Shown: one piece after another, positions 27,921 to 36,502 of the stretch
How positions within the stretch are numbered: the stretch's first letter is position 1
Layout: each line of letters starts with the position of its first letter
Sequence record: PQ433349.1
Length of the DNA: 64,000 nt
Reading direction: 5' to 3' (one strand)
From: Escherichia phage vB_Ec-G1
Translations under genes and position numbers: made by a program
Notes under the pieces: model-generated
Told to the model about the DNA's origin: nothing
What the model saw: only the letters and a program-made list of their open reading frames with translations
The model's database searches: none

Positions 27921-28273
27921 AAATTGTACACGATGAAATTCAAATAGAAGAAAGTGACCTGATGGATTTGGATGCAGTTTTGGGGAAGGTAATCTATGCA
28001 GGAATTAAAGCCTTCCGTGAGAAGGCAAACAATAGCACGTTTGTCATGATCCCCACTAAACTGATGCGTGTTTTGTATCCAAATAGAAGTGCGTCGTATA
28101 CAGATGAAGAAGAGGAGACAGGTAGAAGAGAGTGGTTAAATATTTTAGAAAAGATGGAGAATGCTTTTATTGATAGTGGTAATCCAGAAATCGTGTATGC
28201 TGAAGATCAAAGGAAGGCACGGTTAGAGGGCCGTCTTTTATTCGCTAGTTATTTTGATAATCTTTGGAGCTAA
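27917..28273 (+). CDS. hypothetical protein (118 aa)
   Basis: Track ORF. Confidence 0.5.
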   Translation: MKIVHDEIQIEESDLMDLDAVLGKVIYAGIKAFREKANNSTFVMIPTKLMRVLYPNRSASYTDEEEETGRREWLNILEKMENAFIDSGNPEIVYAEDQRKARLEGRLLFASYFDNLWS

Positions 28274-28275
28274 AT

Positions 28276-28452
28276 ATGTCTGAATTCTTCATAATGGCTT
28301 TCTTAGGGATCTATCTGATTATTAGTGCTGTTGGCTTAATCATGTCTCTAATAGAGGAAATGGGAATTAAGTGGAATTGTGCATTCGGTATAGCTCTTAT
28401 GCTCACTCCAGTTTGGATCTACATTTGCAAATCGGTTGAACTAATTGGTTAA
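28276..28452 (+). CDS. small membrane protein
   Basis: Trimmed to ATG after GGAG RBS; two hydrophobic helices. Confidence 0.4.
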   Translation: MSEFFIMAFLGIYLIISAVGLIMSLIEEMGIKWNCAFGIALMLTPVWIYICKSVELIG

Positions 28453-28462
28453 TGGAGGTAAT

Positions 28463-28801
28463 ATGTTTAGTAAAGAAATGAGAGAGGTGATCGCTACTCT
28501 GGTAGTTGATCATGGTGTTGAAGTTGAGCGTCACGTTTGGAAAGACGAGCCTCCTTTCTTTGATTTGGCATCACGGGCTAAAAGTCACATGTATCTCCTT
28601 GAAGATGATAAGGATTTTATTCTGCGTATGCGTTATGATCGAGAGTTTAGAATTCCTCTTGACACAGATCCTGATGATGTAGTATTGTGGTTGGCAGAGC
28701 ATTTCGCATTTAACGCTCTACATGGAAGAAGTTTTGGTAATGAACGTTGGGATACCATTTGTCGTAAACATAATATTGAACCAGAATACGGGAGTATGTA
28801 G
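28463..28801 (+). CDS. hypothetical protein
   Basis: Trimmed to ATG after GGAGGT RBS. Confidence 0.5.
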   Translation: MFSKEMREVIATLVVDHGVEVERHVWKDEPPFFDLASRAKSHMYLLEDDKDFILRMRYDREFRIPLDTDPDDVVLWLAEHFAFNALHGRSFGNERWDTICRKHNIEPEYGSM

Positions 28802-29052
28802 TGTTAAGTATCAAACCTAAAATGATTACTGAAGATCAAAAAGATTACATTTATAAATGTGGTCGGGTGTGGAAAGAATACACTAAAGGTAATGAAGTTA
28901 TTGTAGTTACGGAACATGCTATTTCTTTATCAGATCTTTTTGGTGATTATTTGCAAGTCATTAAAATTGGTATTGACAGAGGTTTGGTGCAGGTGTTAAC
29001 ATTATCCCAAGTTGAAGCAGAACACTTAGACAAAATCATTGTCGAGTTCTAA
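28801..29052 (+). CDS. hypothetical protein (83 aa)
   Basis: Track ORF (GTG start). Confidence 0.4.
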   Translation: MLSIKPKMITEDQKDYIYKCGRVWKEYTKGNEVIVVTEHAISLSDLFGDYLQVIKIGIDRGLVQVLTLSQVEAEHLDKIIVEF

Positions 29053-29065
29053 AAGGAGAAAGAAT

Positions 29066-29230
29066 ATGATCTCTTTAGAATCAATAGCTTTTAAGAAAGG
29101 GTATACCGCAGGGTTCAAGTTTGGTATGTTTAATAAAGTAAATCCATATTGTCTAATGACACACAAAAAGGAATTCGAAGAATGGGAAGATGGATTTTCT
29201 AAAGGCTATCAGGCAAAGGGTTGGTTGTAA
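29066..29230 (+). CDS. small hypothetical protein
   Basis: Trimmed to ATG after AAGGAGA RBS. Confidence 0.4.
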   Translation: MISLESIAFKKGYTAGFKFGMFNKVNPYCLMTHKKEFEEWEDGFSKGYQAKGWL

Positions 29231-29239
29231 GGAGAGAAT

Positions 29240-29404
29240 ATGATTTTAAACTTCATCATCAACTTGTGTTTGACATTGGGACTACTTTGTGCAATAGTAT
29301 CCCCTTTGGTTGGTGAATATTGTTCTGAATTGGCGATGTTTATAGTTCTTGGTGCGGCTATTGCTAATATGTTTGTCGCTGCGATTTGTATGTTGTGGGA
29401 ATAG
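29240..29404 (+). CDS. small hydrophobic membrane peptide (~54 aa)
   Basis: Below track cut-off; GGAGAG RBS; almost entirely hydrophobic. Confidence 0.3.
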   Translation: MILNFIINLCLTLGLLCAIVSPLVGEYCSELAMFIVLGAAIANMFVAAICMLWE

Positions 29405-29415
29405 GAGGGAAGTTT

Positions 29416-29772
29416 ATGAAAAAATTAATCTTAGCCACATTGCTGGCTACCGTAAGCTTCACCACTTACGCTCAAAAATTTGTAGCAGTTAAAACGGATA
29501 TTGGTAAAGATGTTGTGATCACAGGCAACAAGTTTTACTATACACCTGGGAATGGTGTTCTAGAAGAGTGCAAAGATGTTGAGGCATATACAGGAAAAGA
29601 AGATAACACGGAACGTCCTTTTTATTCGATTATAGCTACTTGCAAAAATGAAATAGTAGCTATTAAACAATACAAAGATGCCCCTGGAGGAGAGTACTTA
29701 TTAATCAAGAATATTAAGAGTGAAAAAACTGCAAAGTTTACAGTAATTATTTTAAAAGGAGAAACGTTCTAA
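29416..29772 (+). CDS. secreted hypothetical protein
   Basis: Trimmed to MKKLILATLLATVSFTTYA signal peptide start after AGGAGGG RBS. Confidence 0.5.
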   Translation: MKKLILATLLATVSFTTYAQKFVAVKTDIGKDVVITGNKFYYTPGNGVLEECKDVEAYTGKEDNTERPFYSIIATCKNEIVAIKQYKDAPGGEYLLIKNIKSEKTAKFTVIILKGETF

Positions 29773-30911
29773 TGAAATACACTATTTTTGGAGATGTAGC
29801 TGTTGTAAATAAGGAATATGGCGTTGAAGCTAATAAACTTCCTGCTGGAGTTTGGGTTGTCAACTGCGATCCGCACGGTAACTACTCTTTAGTGCGTGGC
29901 GAAAGTTTCTCTCTTCCGAACACTCTTTATGGGGAAACTAAAGACCGCGCCGCACATGTTATTAAAACATTTGCTCGTCGTAGTAAAGAAGGTAAAAATA
30001 CTGGGGTGTTACTGACAGGGACAAAGGGCAGTGGTAAGACGATGTTAGCTAAACTGATTAGCATGTCCCTAATGTCCACAGAAGGTTTAGGTATTCCAAC
30101 CATTTTGGTGACACAGCCTTACACAGATGCTGGATTCTTAGAATTTATGAGTAAAATTACAGATCGTGCTGTTGTTTTATTTGACGAGTTTGATAAAGTG
30201 TACGCTAAGAAAGAAGATCAGGAAGCACTGTTGACCTTGTTGGATGGAACAGGAAGTGGAAATAAACTTTACATCCTCACTAAAAATAGTGGCTATATCT
30301 CGGAATATTTTGTAAACCGTCCTAGTCGTATCTACTACAGTTTCAATTACGATAAACTGTCTAGTGAAACTATGTTAGATTACTTGGATAAGAACTTGGT
30401 AAATAAAAAGCACGTAGATAACTTCCAACGTTTATGGGATGTTAGCACAGAGTTGTCTTTCGATGTTATTCAAGGCATTGTAGAAGAATTGAATTTCTAT
30501 CCAAAAATGACTTTTAAAGAATGTCTTGAAATGATGGGTATTTCTTTAGGGAACGATGCTAAATGGAATGTGGCTTCTATCGTAGCTAATGGCAAAACCT
30601 TGAAGGTGAATTGGATCAATAACTGGCACGACTTCACCCCTACTAAGTTTTTGTCGGGTGCTTGTTCCCTGAACATCTATCTACAAAGTTTGAAAGATGA
30701 TGAAGTGGAAGCAATGGAAACCAACAGTTATGTTATCCTGGATGAAGATGGTGATCCACATATTGATCTATGTGCAACGGCTGATGGTCTAACTTGTGAT
30801 CTGATTGAAGGTGGTAAGATTCTGGTTATGAGCACTACACCAGGAAACACTCTGCGAGTGGTGCTGGAGCCTGTAACACAACGTTCCACTACTTTGGGTA
30901 GCGTATTCTAA
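29772..30911 (+). CDS. AAA+ family ATPase
   Basis: 379 aa; Walker A GTKGSGKT and Walker B VVLFDEFD. Confidence 0.6.
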   Translation: MKYTIFGDVAVVNKEYGVEANKLPAGVWVVNCDPHGNYSLVRGESFSLPNTLYGETKDRAAHVIKTFARRSKEGKNTGVLLTGTKGSGKTMLAKLISMSLMSTEGLGIPTILVTQPYTDAGFLEFMSKITDRAVVLFDEFDKVYAKKEDQEALLTLLDGTGSGNKLYILTKNSGYISEYFVNRPSRIYYSFNYDKLSSETMLDYLDKNLVNKKHVDNFQRLWDVSTELSFDVIQGIVEELNFYPKMTFKECLEMMGISLGNDAKWNVASIVANGKTLKVNWINNWHDFTPTKFLSGACSLNIYLQSLKDDEVEAMETNSYVILDEDGDPHIDLCATADGLTCDLIEGGKILVMSTTPGNTLRVVLEPVTQRSTTLGSVF

Positions 30912-30927
30912 TAAGGCTCCCTTATTA

Positions 30928-30952
30928 AACCCGCTTCGGCGGGTTTTGTTAT
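30928..30952 (+). terminator. rho-independent terminator
   Basis: AAACCCGC-ttcg-GCGGGTTT hairpin followed by TTGTT; identical hairpin recurs near 62387. Confidence 0.7.
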
Positions 30953-30988
30953 ATTGATTTCAGTTTAATAGGAAGAGAATTGTTAGAT

Positions 30989-31981
30989 ATGCCAGTAAAG
31001 AAGAGTATTGAAACATATATGGAAGAATGTAAGCCGATAGCTGAGGCTAAAGGGATTACCATTCTCGGCACGTATGGAGAAGATAAAGGTGTGCATACGA
31101 AGATGATCAATCGTTGTGAACATGGTCATGAATGGAACACTACAACCTTTAATAAATTTAAGTCTGGTCGTGGTTGCCCTGTTTGTAGGTATGAGAGAGC
31201 AGGACAAGCTAAAACTATTCCAGATGATCAGCACATACAAGATTTTATGAATACAGGCAAGTTTAAACCTGGGACTATCTTCACTAATACAGGAAAACGA
31301 GCTAAAGGAGGGCGCAATATTTTATGGTGTGTAGAGTGTCCTGTTTGTAGTGTTGATGAATATGTTCAAGCGGGTGTCTGCAATGGTAAATTTTACTCTA
31401 CAGGGAGTAGCCTTAAAAAAGGGCAAACCCCTTGCCGTTGTGCAACTAACTATCACCACACAGAAGAACAGATCACCTACAGAACAAAGAAGGAAGTAGA
31501 GAGTAAAGGATACATTTGGATAGGATGGATCGGGAAACCTTTTGCACATGGTAAGTTTAAATATGGATGTAAGGAGCACGGAGAGCAGATAGGACGTGCA
31601 AGGGATTTATTACACCAGGGTAGTGGTTGTCCTGGTTGCGCTGGCAAGAATCAACAACAGGCATACATTAACAACGTCTATGATGAACAAGGTGTTCTTT
31701 GTGCATTGAAGTTTGGCATTGCCAATAATAGCGATCAGCGTATTAAGATCCAGAACTACAACAATGTGTTTACGATGAAACAAACCCAAGTGTGGCGCTT
31801 CCCTACTGTGAAGCAATGCAAAGATGCAGAGAAGCGTTGTAAGCGTGTCCTTCACACGGAAGCAGTGAGCAAATATTCTATGCCAGATGGCTACACAGAG
31901 ACAGTGGAGTTATCTTGCATGGCATCAATACAAAATATTTATAAACTTTATGGTGGAACATTACAGGAGGAAACATGTTAG
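30989..31981 (+). CDS. Cys-rich protein with repeated zinc-ribbon motifs and a C-terminal T5orf172/GIY-YIG-like region
   Basis: Repeated C..H..W...G.GCP.C units; C-terminal LCALKFGIANNSDQRIKIQ resembles T5orf172-type domains. Confidence 0.4.
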   Translation: MPVKKSIETYMEECKPIAEAKGITILGTYGEDKGVHTKMINRCEHGHEWNTTTFNKFKSGRGCPVCRYERAGQAKTIPDDQHIQDFMNTGKFKPGTIFTNTGKRAKGGRNILWCVECPVCSVDEYVQAGVCNGKFYSTGSSLKKGQTPCRCATNYHHTEEQITYRTKKEVESKGYIWIGWIGKPFAHGKFKYGCKEHGEQIGRARDLLHQGSGCPGCAGKNQQQAYINNVYDEQGVLCALKFGIANNSDQRIKIQNYNNVFTMKQTQVWRFPTVKQCKDAEKRCKRVLHTEAVSKYSMPDGYTETVELSCMASIQNIYKLYGGTLQEETC

Positions 31982-32340
31982 TTGACGTTCAAATTATGCG
32001 CAACGAAAGAATGGACTTCTTTGAAGCAGTAGAGAAACATCTGATCCGATGGGACTATGAATTTGTTCCTGCTGGATGTGGACCAGTAGAGCATTTAGCG
32101 GAAGACGACGATGTATACATGATCATTCGTCAAGTGTACCAGACAGACCAGTGTGAAGAAACTCCCGAACTGATTTTGTTTGAGTGTAAAGATCTTGCAA
32201 AATATTTTGACTATGGCGGAAAAGAGGGTCATAATCTCTCCAGATACAATAAACGTCTACTTATCTTAGACTACATGCGGAACAACAAACACAAACTCAT
32301 CGACGCAGACGCAGTTTATGGCTACTGGTGGATGGACTAA
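31975..32340 (+). CDS. hypothetical protein (121 aa)
   Basis: Track ORF. Confidence 0.5.
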   Translation: MLVDVQIMRNERMDFFEAVEKHLIRWDYEFVPAGCGPVEHLAEDDDVYMIIRQVYQTDQCEETPELILFECKDLAKYFDYGGKEGHNLSRYNKRLLILDYMRNNKHKLIDADAVYGYWWMD

Positions 32341-32353
32341 CAAAGGAGAAACT

Positions 32354-32533
32354 ATGGCACGTTTAGCAGATCATGAAATCTTTAAACCTATTCTGAACCA
32401 CTATGATGAACTTAAAGCAGTGTTGGATTGTTATAGAGAGGATGAAGAACGTTTGGAAGTCAATCTTAAGATAGTTCTGATGAAAGCTTTTCAAGACGGG
32501 CAAGCTAAAGTTTTAGAAGGCATGAAAAAATGA
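32354..32533 (+). CDS. small hypothetical protein
   Basis: Trimmed to ATG after AAAGGAGA RBS. Confidence 0.45.
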   Translation: MARLADHEIFKPILNHYDELKAVLDCYREDEERLEVNLKIVLMKAFQDGQAKVLEGMKK

Positions 32534-33072
32534 GAATAACTGATGAATATGTATTCTTCTTTTCACATAAAGATGTGTTTAGTAATTGGTATATTGCACC
32601 CTTTACAGAAACTGAACCAGGTTACAATGAGACTTTCTGTTGTGTTGAGCAATATATGATGTGGCGTAAGGCTTTGCTGTTCAAGGATCATGCGATTGCA
32701 GCAGCTATCCTTGATCACTCAACTATACGTGACAACGAGAGGAAACAAGCATACTACAAACGTATGGGTCGAGCGGTATCTGGTTTTAATAATGATATGT
32801 GGGAAGAGAACCGTGAGCGTATTGTTATGCGAGGCTTATGCTTGAAATATGTACAGAATCCAGATTTGTATGCAGACTTACACCTTTACCAATACAAAAC
32901 GTTTGTTGAAGCAAGCCCCTACGATAAGGTTTACGGAATTGGAATGGGGATGTATGAACCAGGGGTGCTAAACCCTGCTACCTGGAAAGGGCAGAATCTT
33001 TTAGGCAAATATCATAATAAACTGATCGAAATACTTTTCCCAGACAAAATACCGCAAAGACGATATTTGTGA
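32530..33072 (+). CDS. NADAR (YbiA-like, DUF1768) domain protein
   Basis: 180 aa; F.F...SNWY..PF...F..VEQYMMWRKALLF...MGRAV..F...W...R...M...KY.QNP.L...L.....FVEASPYD..YGIG pattern matches NADAR. Confidence 0.6.
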   Translation: MRITDEYVFFFSHKDVFSNWYIAPFTETEPGYNETFCCVEQYMMWRKALLFKDHAIAAAILDHSTIRDNERKQAYYKRMGRAVSGFNNDMWEENRERIVMRGLCLKYVQNPDLYADLHLYQYKTFVEASPYDKVYGIGMGMYEPGVLNPATWKGQNLLGKYHNKLIEILFPDKIPQRRYL

Positions 33073-33127
33073 TATTTTAACTTTTTTCATTTTTAGAACA
33101 AAGGTGTCACTTTGTAGCACAGAAATA

Positions 33128-33163
33128 AGGCTCCTACAGCACCGTAGAGAGCCTGTTATTTTG
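33128..33163 (+). terminator. rho-independent terminator after NADAR gene
   Basis: GGCTCCTAC-agcacc-GTAGAGAGCC hairpin followed by TGTTATTTTGT. Confidence 0.55.
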
Positions 33164-33169
33164 TCCTAT

Positions 33170-33520
33170 ACAAACCCTTATCTTTTTCAGTTTGCATCAC
33201 TAGGATTCGATCTAAGTGGGTTCCTGAAGGTCTGCCAATAAGATTAAAGGTTATCTCAAATTCCCACTACCTATTATCTCAAAAATCCCTCAAATTATTT
33301 AAACTTTTTAAGAATTTACAAAAGTGAAAGTTGAAAACCAAAATTTAAAGTTTAGGAAAATTATCTTAAAATGTTAGATACAAAACAAAACTCAAAAATC
33401 AAGGAAAATTTTAAAAATTTTGCGCGCCCACAGTATTTAAAGTTTTTTTGCTTTTACAAAAATGAAAGTACAAAAGCAAAATTTAAAGTTTACAAAAATT
33501 TATGCAGATGGGAATGAGAA
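33170..33520. repeat. AT-rich intergenic region with short direct repeats
   Basis: Repeated TTATCTCAAA, AAATTTAAAGTTTA and TTTACAAAARTGAAAGT units; no ORF. Confidence 0.45.
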
Positions 33521-33620
33521 GAGTTCTCATATGGAAATGCAAATGATAATGATTCGCATTTAGGTTTATAAATGAGATTGATTCTTATTCAATAAGGTAA
33601 ATGATAATCATTCTCATTTA
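33512..33620. promoter_or_regulatory. three tandem palindromic operator-like sites (Fur-box-like)
   Basis: ATGAGAAgagTTCTCAT, AAATGATAATgATTCGCATTT and AAATGATAATcATTCTCATTT; resemble the TGATAATnATTATCA Fur-box core. Confidence 0.45.
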
Positions 33621-33878
33621 AAGAATGACGCGCAGGGGCGGTGTTTGTCTCGCGCTCCCGTGTCCCCTCGCCATGTAATAAGAATAACAGATCCAGCCAG
33701 GAAAGCAAGCGATTATTTTATCTTTACATTTCTTTACAAATATATAGCGCCCAGCCTACCGGCGATCAACCTTCCAACCAGTGCCCCCTGGTATGTTAGC
33801 CCCGCCTTTACGCCGTGGGGTGGCGCTTCCTCTTCTGTATGTAAAACAGTATAAGCCCGATCCCTGGGCTTGTCAAGA

Positions 33879-34145
33879 TTATTTTTTGTTTTCTTGCCAG
33901 GATAGGACACCTAACCAAAAATATATATCGCCCCGCGCCCCTGGTGGTATCTTGCTTTCCCCGCCGCCACTGCAAGCCCATAGATAACCATTTGCGAACG
34001 TATCAAAATGATCTATCTCTTCCACCTTATGATCGCCCAGGTTGAGAACGGTTTCAACCTTTAAGCCCGTTGCGCTTGCTACCTGGTGCACCGTGCCGCC
34101 TTGCCAGCCCAATGAGTGCATAAGGTGTAATGTAGTATTTGTCAT
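33879..34145 (-). CDS. hypothetical protein (88 aa) on opposite strand in a GC-rich island
   Basis: Only minus-strand ORF inside the plus block; GC-rich codons; plausible RBS; function unknown. Confidence 0.3.
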   Translation of the reverse strand: MTNTTLHLMHSLGWQGGTVHQVASATGLKVETVLNLGDHKVEEIDHFDTFANGYLWACSGGGESKIPPGARGDIYFWLGVLSWQENKK

Positions 34146-34254
34146 GGTATCGCCCTTTCTTTGATGTGCGCCCTGGTTGGCGCGGTAGAAAGATGATAGC
34201 CCTTTCTTTTATATATAGCAAGCAAAAAGAAAATAAAAAAGATTGAAAAAGTGA

Positions 34255-34313
34255 TTGACGTTCGCCAGGTGGCGGCATAATATTTACCACGTAGGGCGGC
34301 AATGGTGCCGCTC
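34255..34313 (+). promoter_or_regulatory. cassette 1: promoter + stem-loop
   Basis: TTGACG-N17-TAATAT then GGGCGGCaatggtGCCGCTC. Confidence 0.55.
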
Positions 34314-34332
34314 ATTATTTGGAGTTAAAATC

Positions 34333-34530
34333 ATGGCAACATTGCACATTGTGGCGAAAGCTGGACAAATAAACGTGGTAGTAAACGGTTTTACTGAGTT
34401 CAGTCATCCCCAGGATGATCATGAAACGGTTTTATCTTTCATTGATTCACTGTTAGAAATGGGAGTAATTACAGAAGACCAGCACGCTACAAAATGCAAG
34501 CGCGTTAATCAAATTGCAGGGATAGAATAA
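34333..34530 (+). CDS. small hypothetical protein
   Basis: Track ORF 34255..34530 trimmed to ATG downstream of cassette 1 hairpin with GGAG RBS. Confidence 0.5.
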   Translation: MATLHIVAKAGQINVVVNGFTEFSHPQDDHETVLSFIDSLLEMGVITEDQHATKCKRVNQIAGIE

Positions 34531-34536
34531 AAAGTA

Positions 34537-34599
34537 TTGACAACAAACAACAACCTGATAAGATGTATCACATAGGGCGGCGGAATGGTCCAGCCGCTC
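34537..34599 (+). promoter_or_regulatory. cassette 2: promoter + stem-loop
   Basis: TTGACA-N16-TAAGAT then GGGCGGCGGaatggtCCAGCCGCTC. Confidence 0.55.
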
Positions 34600-34622
34600 A
34601 CAACAGAAGAGAGATTATAATC

Positions 34623-34895
34623 ATGGCATCATATAGCGCAACAATGATCGTAGCTGGCACCACTGGTAAACCTATGCGCGGTGGCGGATCTTTCGCTAAT
34701 ATCAATATTGACGGGCGTTTATCCCTGGACGCAGCGATCACCGTGGCGCGGGAAACATTTAAGAAAGAATGTAAATTCAATAAACAAGATTATCTCGGTT
34801 TCGCTATTGAAAAAACCGCGCGTTTTGTTGATTATAAAAGCCCAAAAATGGTTGATACTACACTAAAAGCGCAAGATGTAGCGTTTTTGCTTTAA
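34623..34895 (+). CDS. hypothetical protein
   Basis: Track ORF 34563..34895 trimmed to ATG after cassette 2 leader. Confidence 0.5.
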   Translation: MASYSATMIVAGTTGKPMRGGGSFANINIDGRLSLDAAITVARETFKKECKFNKQDYLGFAIEKTARFVDYKSPKMVDTTLKAQDVAFLL

Positions 34896-34898
34896 GGC

Positions 34899-34954
34899 TT
34901 GACATTAACGAATAATTTGTTAATATGTTACATAAAGCGGGAATAGTTCCCGCT
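34899..34954 (+). promoter_or_regulatory. cassette 3: promoter + stem-loop
   Basis: TTGACA then GCGGGAAtagTTCCCGC hairpin. Confidence 0.5.
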
Positions 34955-34971
34955 ATTTGTAAGGTGGTAGA

Positions 34972-35229
34972 ATGTTTTACATCAAATTAAAAGGTCACGT
35001 GATCGCGTTCAAAGATAACGCTTTTTACAGATTAGCAAAATATGCGTTAATACATCCCCACTATGTTTATATAAGGGGGCGTGATGAAATAAATATCTTT
35101 GATCAAACAACATGCGAGAACATCGAGATCCGCAAGGTTGGCGTACGTGATTATCGTACATCTTTCTACCCTTGCAAGGATTCAGCAAGTCTTTTTAAAG
35201 TATGCCAATTGTTGAAAAAAGGTGGTTAA
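34972..35229 (+). CDS. hypothetical protein (85 aa)
   Basis: Track ORF after cassette 3. Confidence 0.5.
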   Translation: MFYIKLKGHVIAFKDNAFYRLAKYALIHPHYVYIRGRDEINIFDQTTCENIEIRKVGVRDYRTSFYPCKDSASLFKVCQLLKKGG

Positions 35230-35230
35230 T

Positions 35231-35788
35231 ATGGGCCGCGAATATGTGATCCAGTCTTGGGTAAAACATGAAGCAGATGATCCGCGCATCATTCCCGATC
35301 ATCTTATCGATGAATCCACGGGATATAGCGGTGAGCAAATAGGTAACAGATTAGCACGTAGTAACGGCAACGTAAAAGCGCGTTATGTGCGCCCTGGTTG
35401 GCTGGCAAATGGTAACGCTGATTTATCCAGTGCGGAAGATGCGAGCGACGGCGCGAAAGATAATCCTTTGTACAAAGTTGATCCGGCTTTTCGTGTCCTG
35501 GATGAATACCCCAGCAAGATAGCGGCGCTCGATCAGGCCCTGGAAAGTAAGCGCATCACCTGGACCGCTTACAACATGGCAAAAAACGTACTTGATGGTA
35601 AATTGATTCAAGCTGAAAGAAAATTAGCCAAAATTGCAGCCATAGCCCAGGAGGAAGACGAGGAGACAACGGAAGAGGAAGAGTACGAAGAGATCCCGCC
35701 GTTGTTGTGTGTTGATGCTTTTCCTGATTATCAGCCGACAGAGGAAGAAAAAAGGATCGCACTAGAAAACTTTGAAAATAGTCTTTGA
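35231..35788 (+). CDS. hypothetical protein with acidic C-terminus
   Basis: Track ORF trimmed to ATG after AAGGTGG RBS. Confidence 0.5.
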   Translation: MGREYVIQSWVKHEADDPRIIPDHLIDESTGYSGEQIGNRLARSNGNVKARYVRPGWLANGNADLSSAEDASDGAKDNPLYKVDPAFRVLDEYPSKIAALDQALESKRITWTAYNMAKNVLDGKLIQAERKLAKIAAIAQEEDEETTEEEEYEEIPPLLCVDAFPDYQPTEEEKRIALENFENSL

Positions 35789-35843
35789 CATATCGCCGCC
35801 ACTGGCATAATATTTACCACGTAGGGCGGCAATGGTGCCGCTC
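35785..35843 (+). promoter_or_regulatory. cassette 5: promoter + stem-loop
   Basis: TTGACA-N17-TAATAT then GGGCGGCaatggtGCCGCTC (near-identical to cassette 1). Confidence 0.55.
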
Positions 35844-35870
35844 ATAGTGAAATTATGCAAGAGGCTTACA

Positions 35871-35966
35871 ATGATTAATAAAGAAAATAGCTTGACGGTT
35901 GGAACGATTAACGCTATCATTCTAGCCGTTCCATTTTGGATTGTAGTAGCGGCTATTATTTTCTAA
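35871..35966 (+). CDS. small hydrophobic peptide (~31 aa)
   Basis: Below track cut-off; single predicted transmembrane helix; downstream of cassette 5. Confidence 0.3.
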   Translation: MINKENSLTVGTINAIILAVPFWIVVAAIIF

Positions 35967-35974
35967 AAATATTC

Positions 35975-36036
35975 TTGACAACGTTTTTTAATCTGATAAG
36001 ATGTATCACATAGGGCGGCGGAATACTTCCCCGCCA
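35975..36036 (+). promoter_or_regulatory. cassette 6: promoter + stem-loop
   Basis: TTGACA-N16-TAAGAT then GGCGGCGGAAtacTTCCCCGCC hairpin. Confidence 0.5.
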
Positions 36037-36056
36037 AAACAAAAAAGGGTAACACA

Positions 36057-36419
36057 ATGAGCAAGCAAATCAATACTATCATGTTTAATCTGGTATCTTT
36101 CCGCGATGATATGAAAAATTTACCACGTGAAACGGTTGATATTCATGTTTCAGCTTATCGCGCCCTTATTGACATGTTACCGCTAAAACGTGATCAACAT
36201 GCCGCTAATATGATGCTTAATGCTATGCTTAAAAAGATGATTCAAACGGATCTTACTCTGGCGTATGAGTATCAAGGGCGCTTATATGCGACTTACAACA
36301 AAGCGGTACCTGGTCTGGGAAGTACCGAAGAGTTGCACGGCTTAAACCTGGATCAAAACACTTGGGATAGTATGCGCCGCGTTATGGTATGGGCCGAAAG
36401 CGGTAAAATTTACGAATAA
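36057..36419 (+). CDS. hypothetical protein (120 aa)
   Basis: Track ORF after cassette 6. Confidence 0.55.
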   Translation: MSKQINTIMFNLVSFRDDMKNLPRETVDIHVSAYRALIDMLPLKRDQHAANMMLNAMLKKMIQTDLTLAYEYQGRLYATYNKAVPGLGSTEELHGLNLDQNTWDSMRRVMVWAESGKIYE

Positions 36420-36425
36420 AAACGG

Positions 36426-36482
36426 TTGACACTGTTTAAACTTCTGGTATAGTTTATCACGTAGGGCGGCAATGGTGCCGCC
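36426..36482 (+). promoter_or_regulatory. cassette 7: promoter + stem-loop
   Basis: TTGACA-N17-TATAGT then GGGCGGCaatggtGCCGCC. Confidence 0.55.
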
Positions 36483-36502
36483 AACAATAAAAGGTTAACA
36501 TC

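Noticed and set aside
33645-33987. Plus-strand ORFs 33645..33854 and 33781..33987 in the GC-rich island
   Set aside because: Pro/Ala/Arg-rich translations typical of random GC-rich sequence, no RBS, mutually overlapping.
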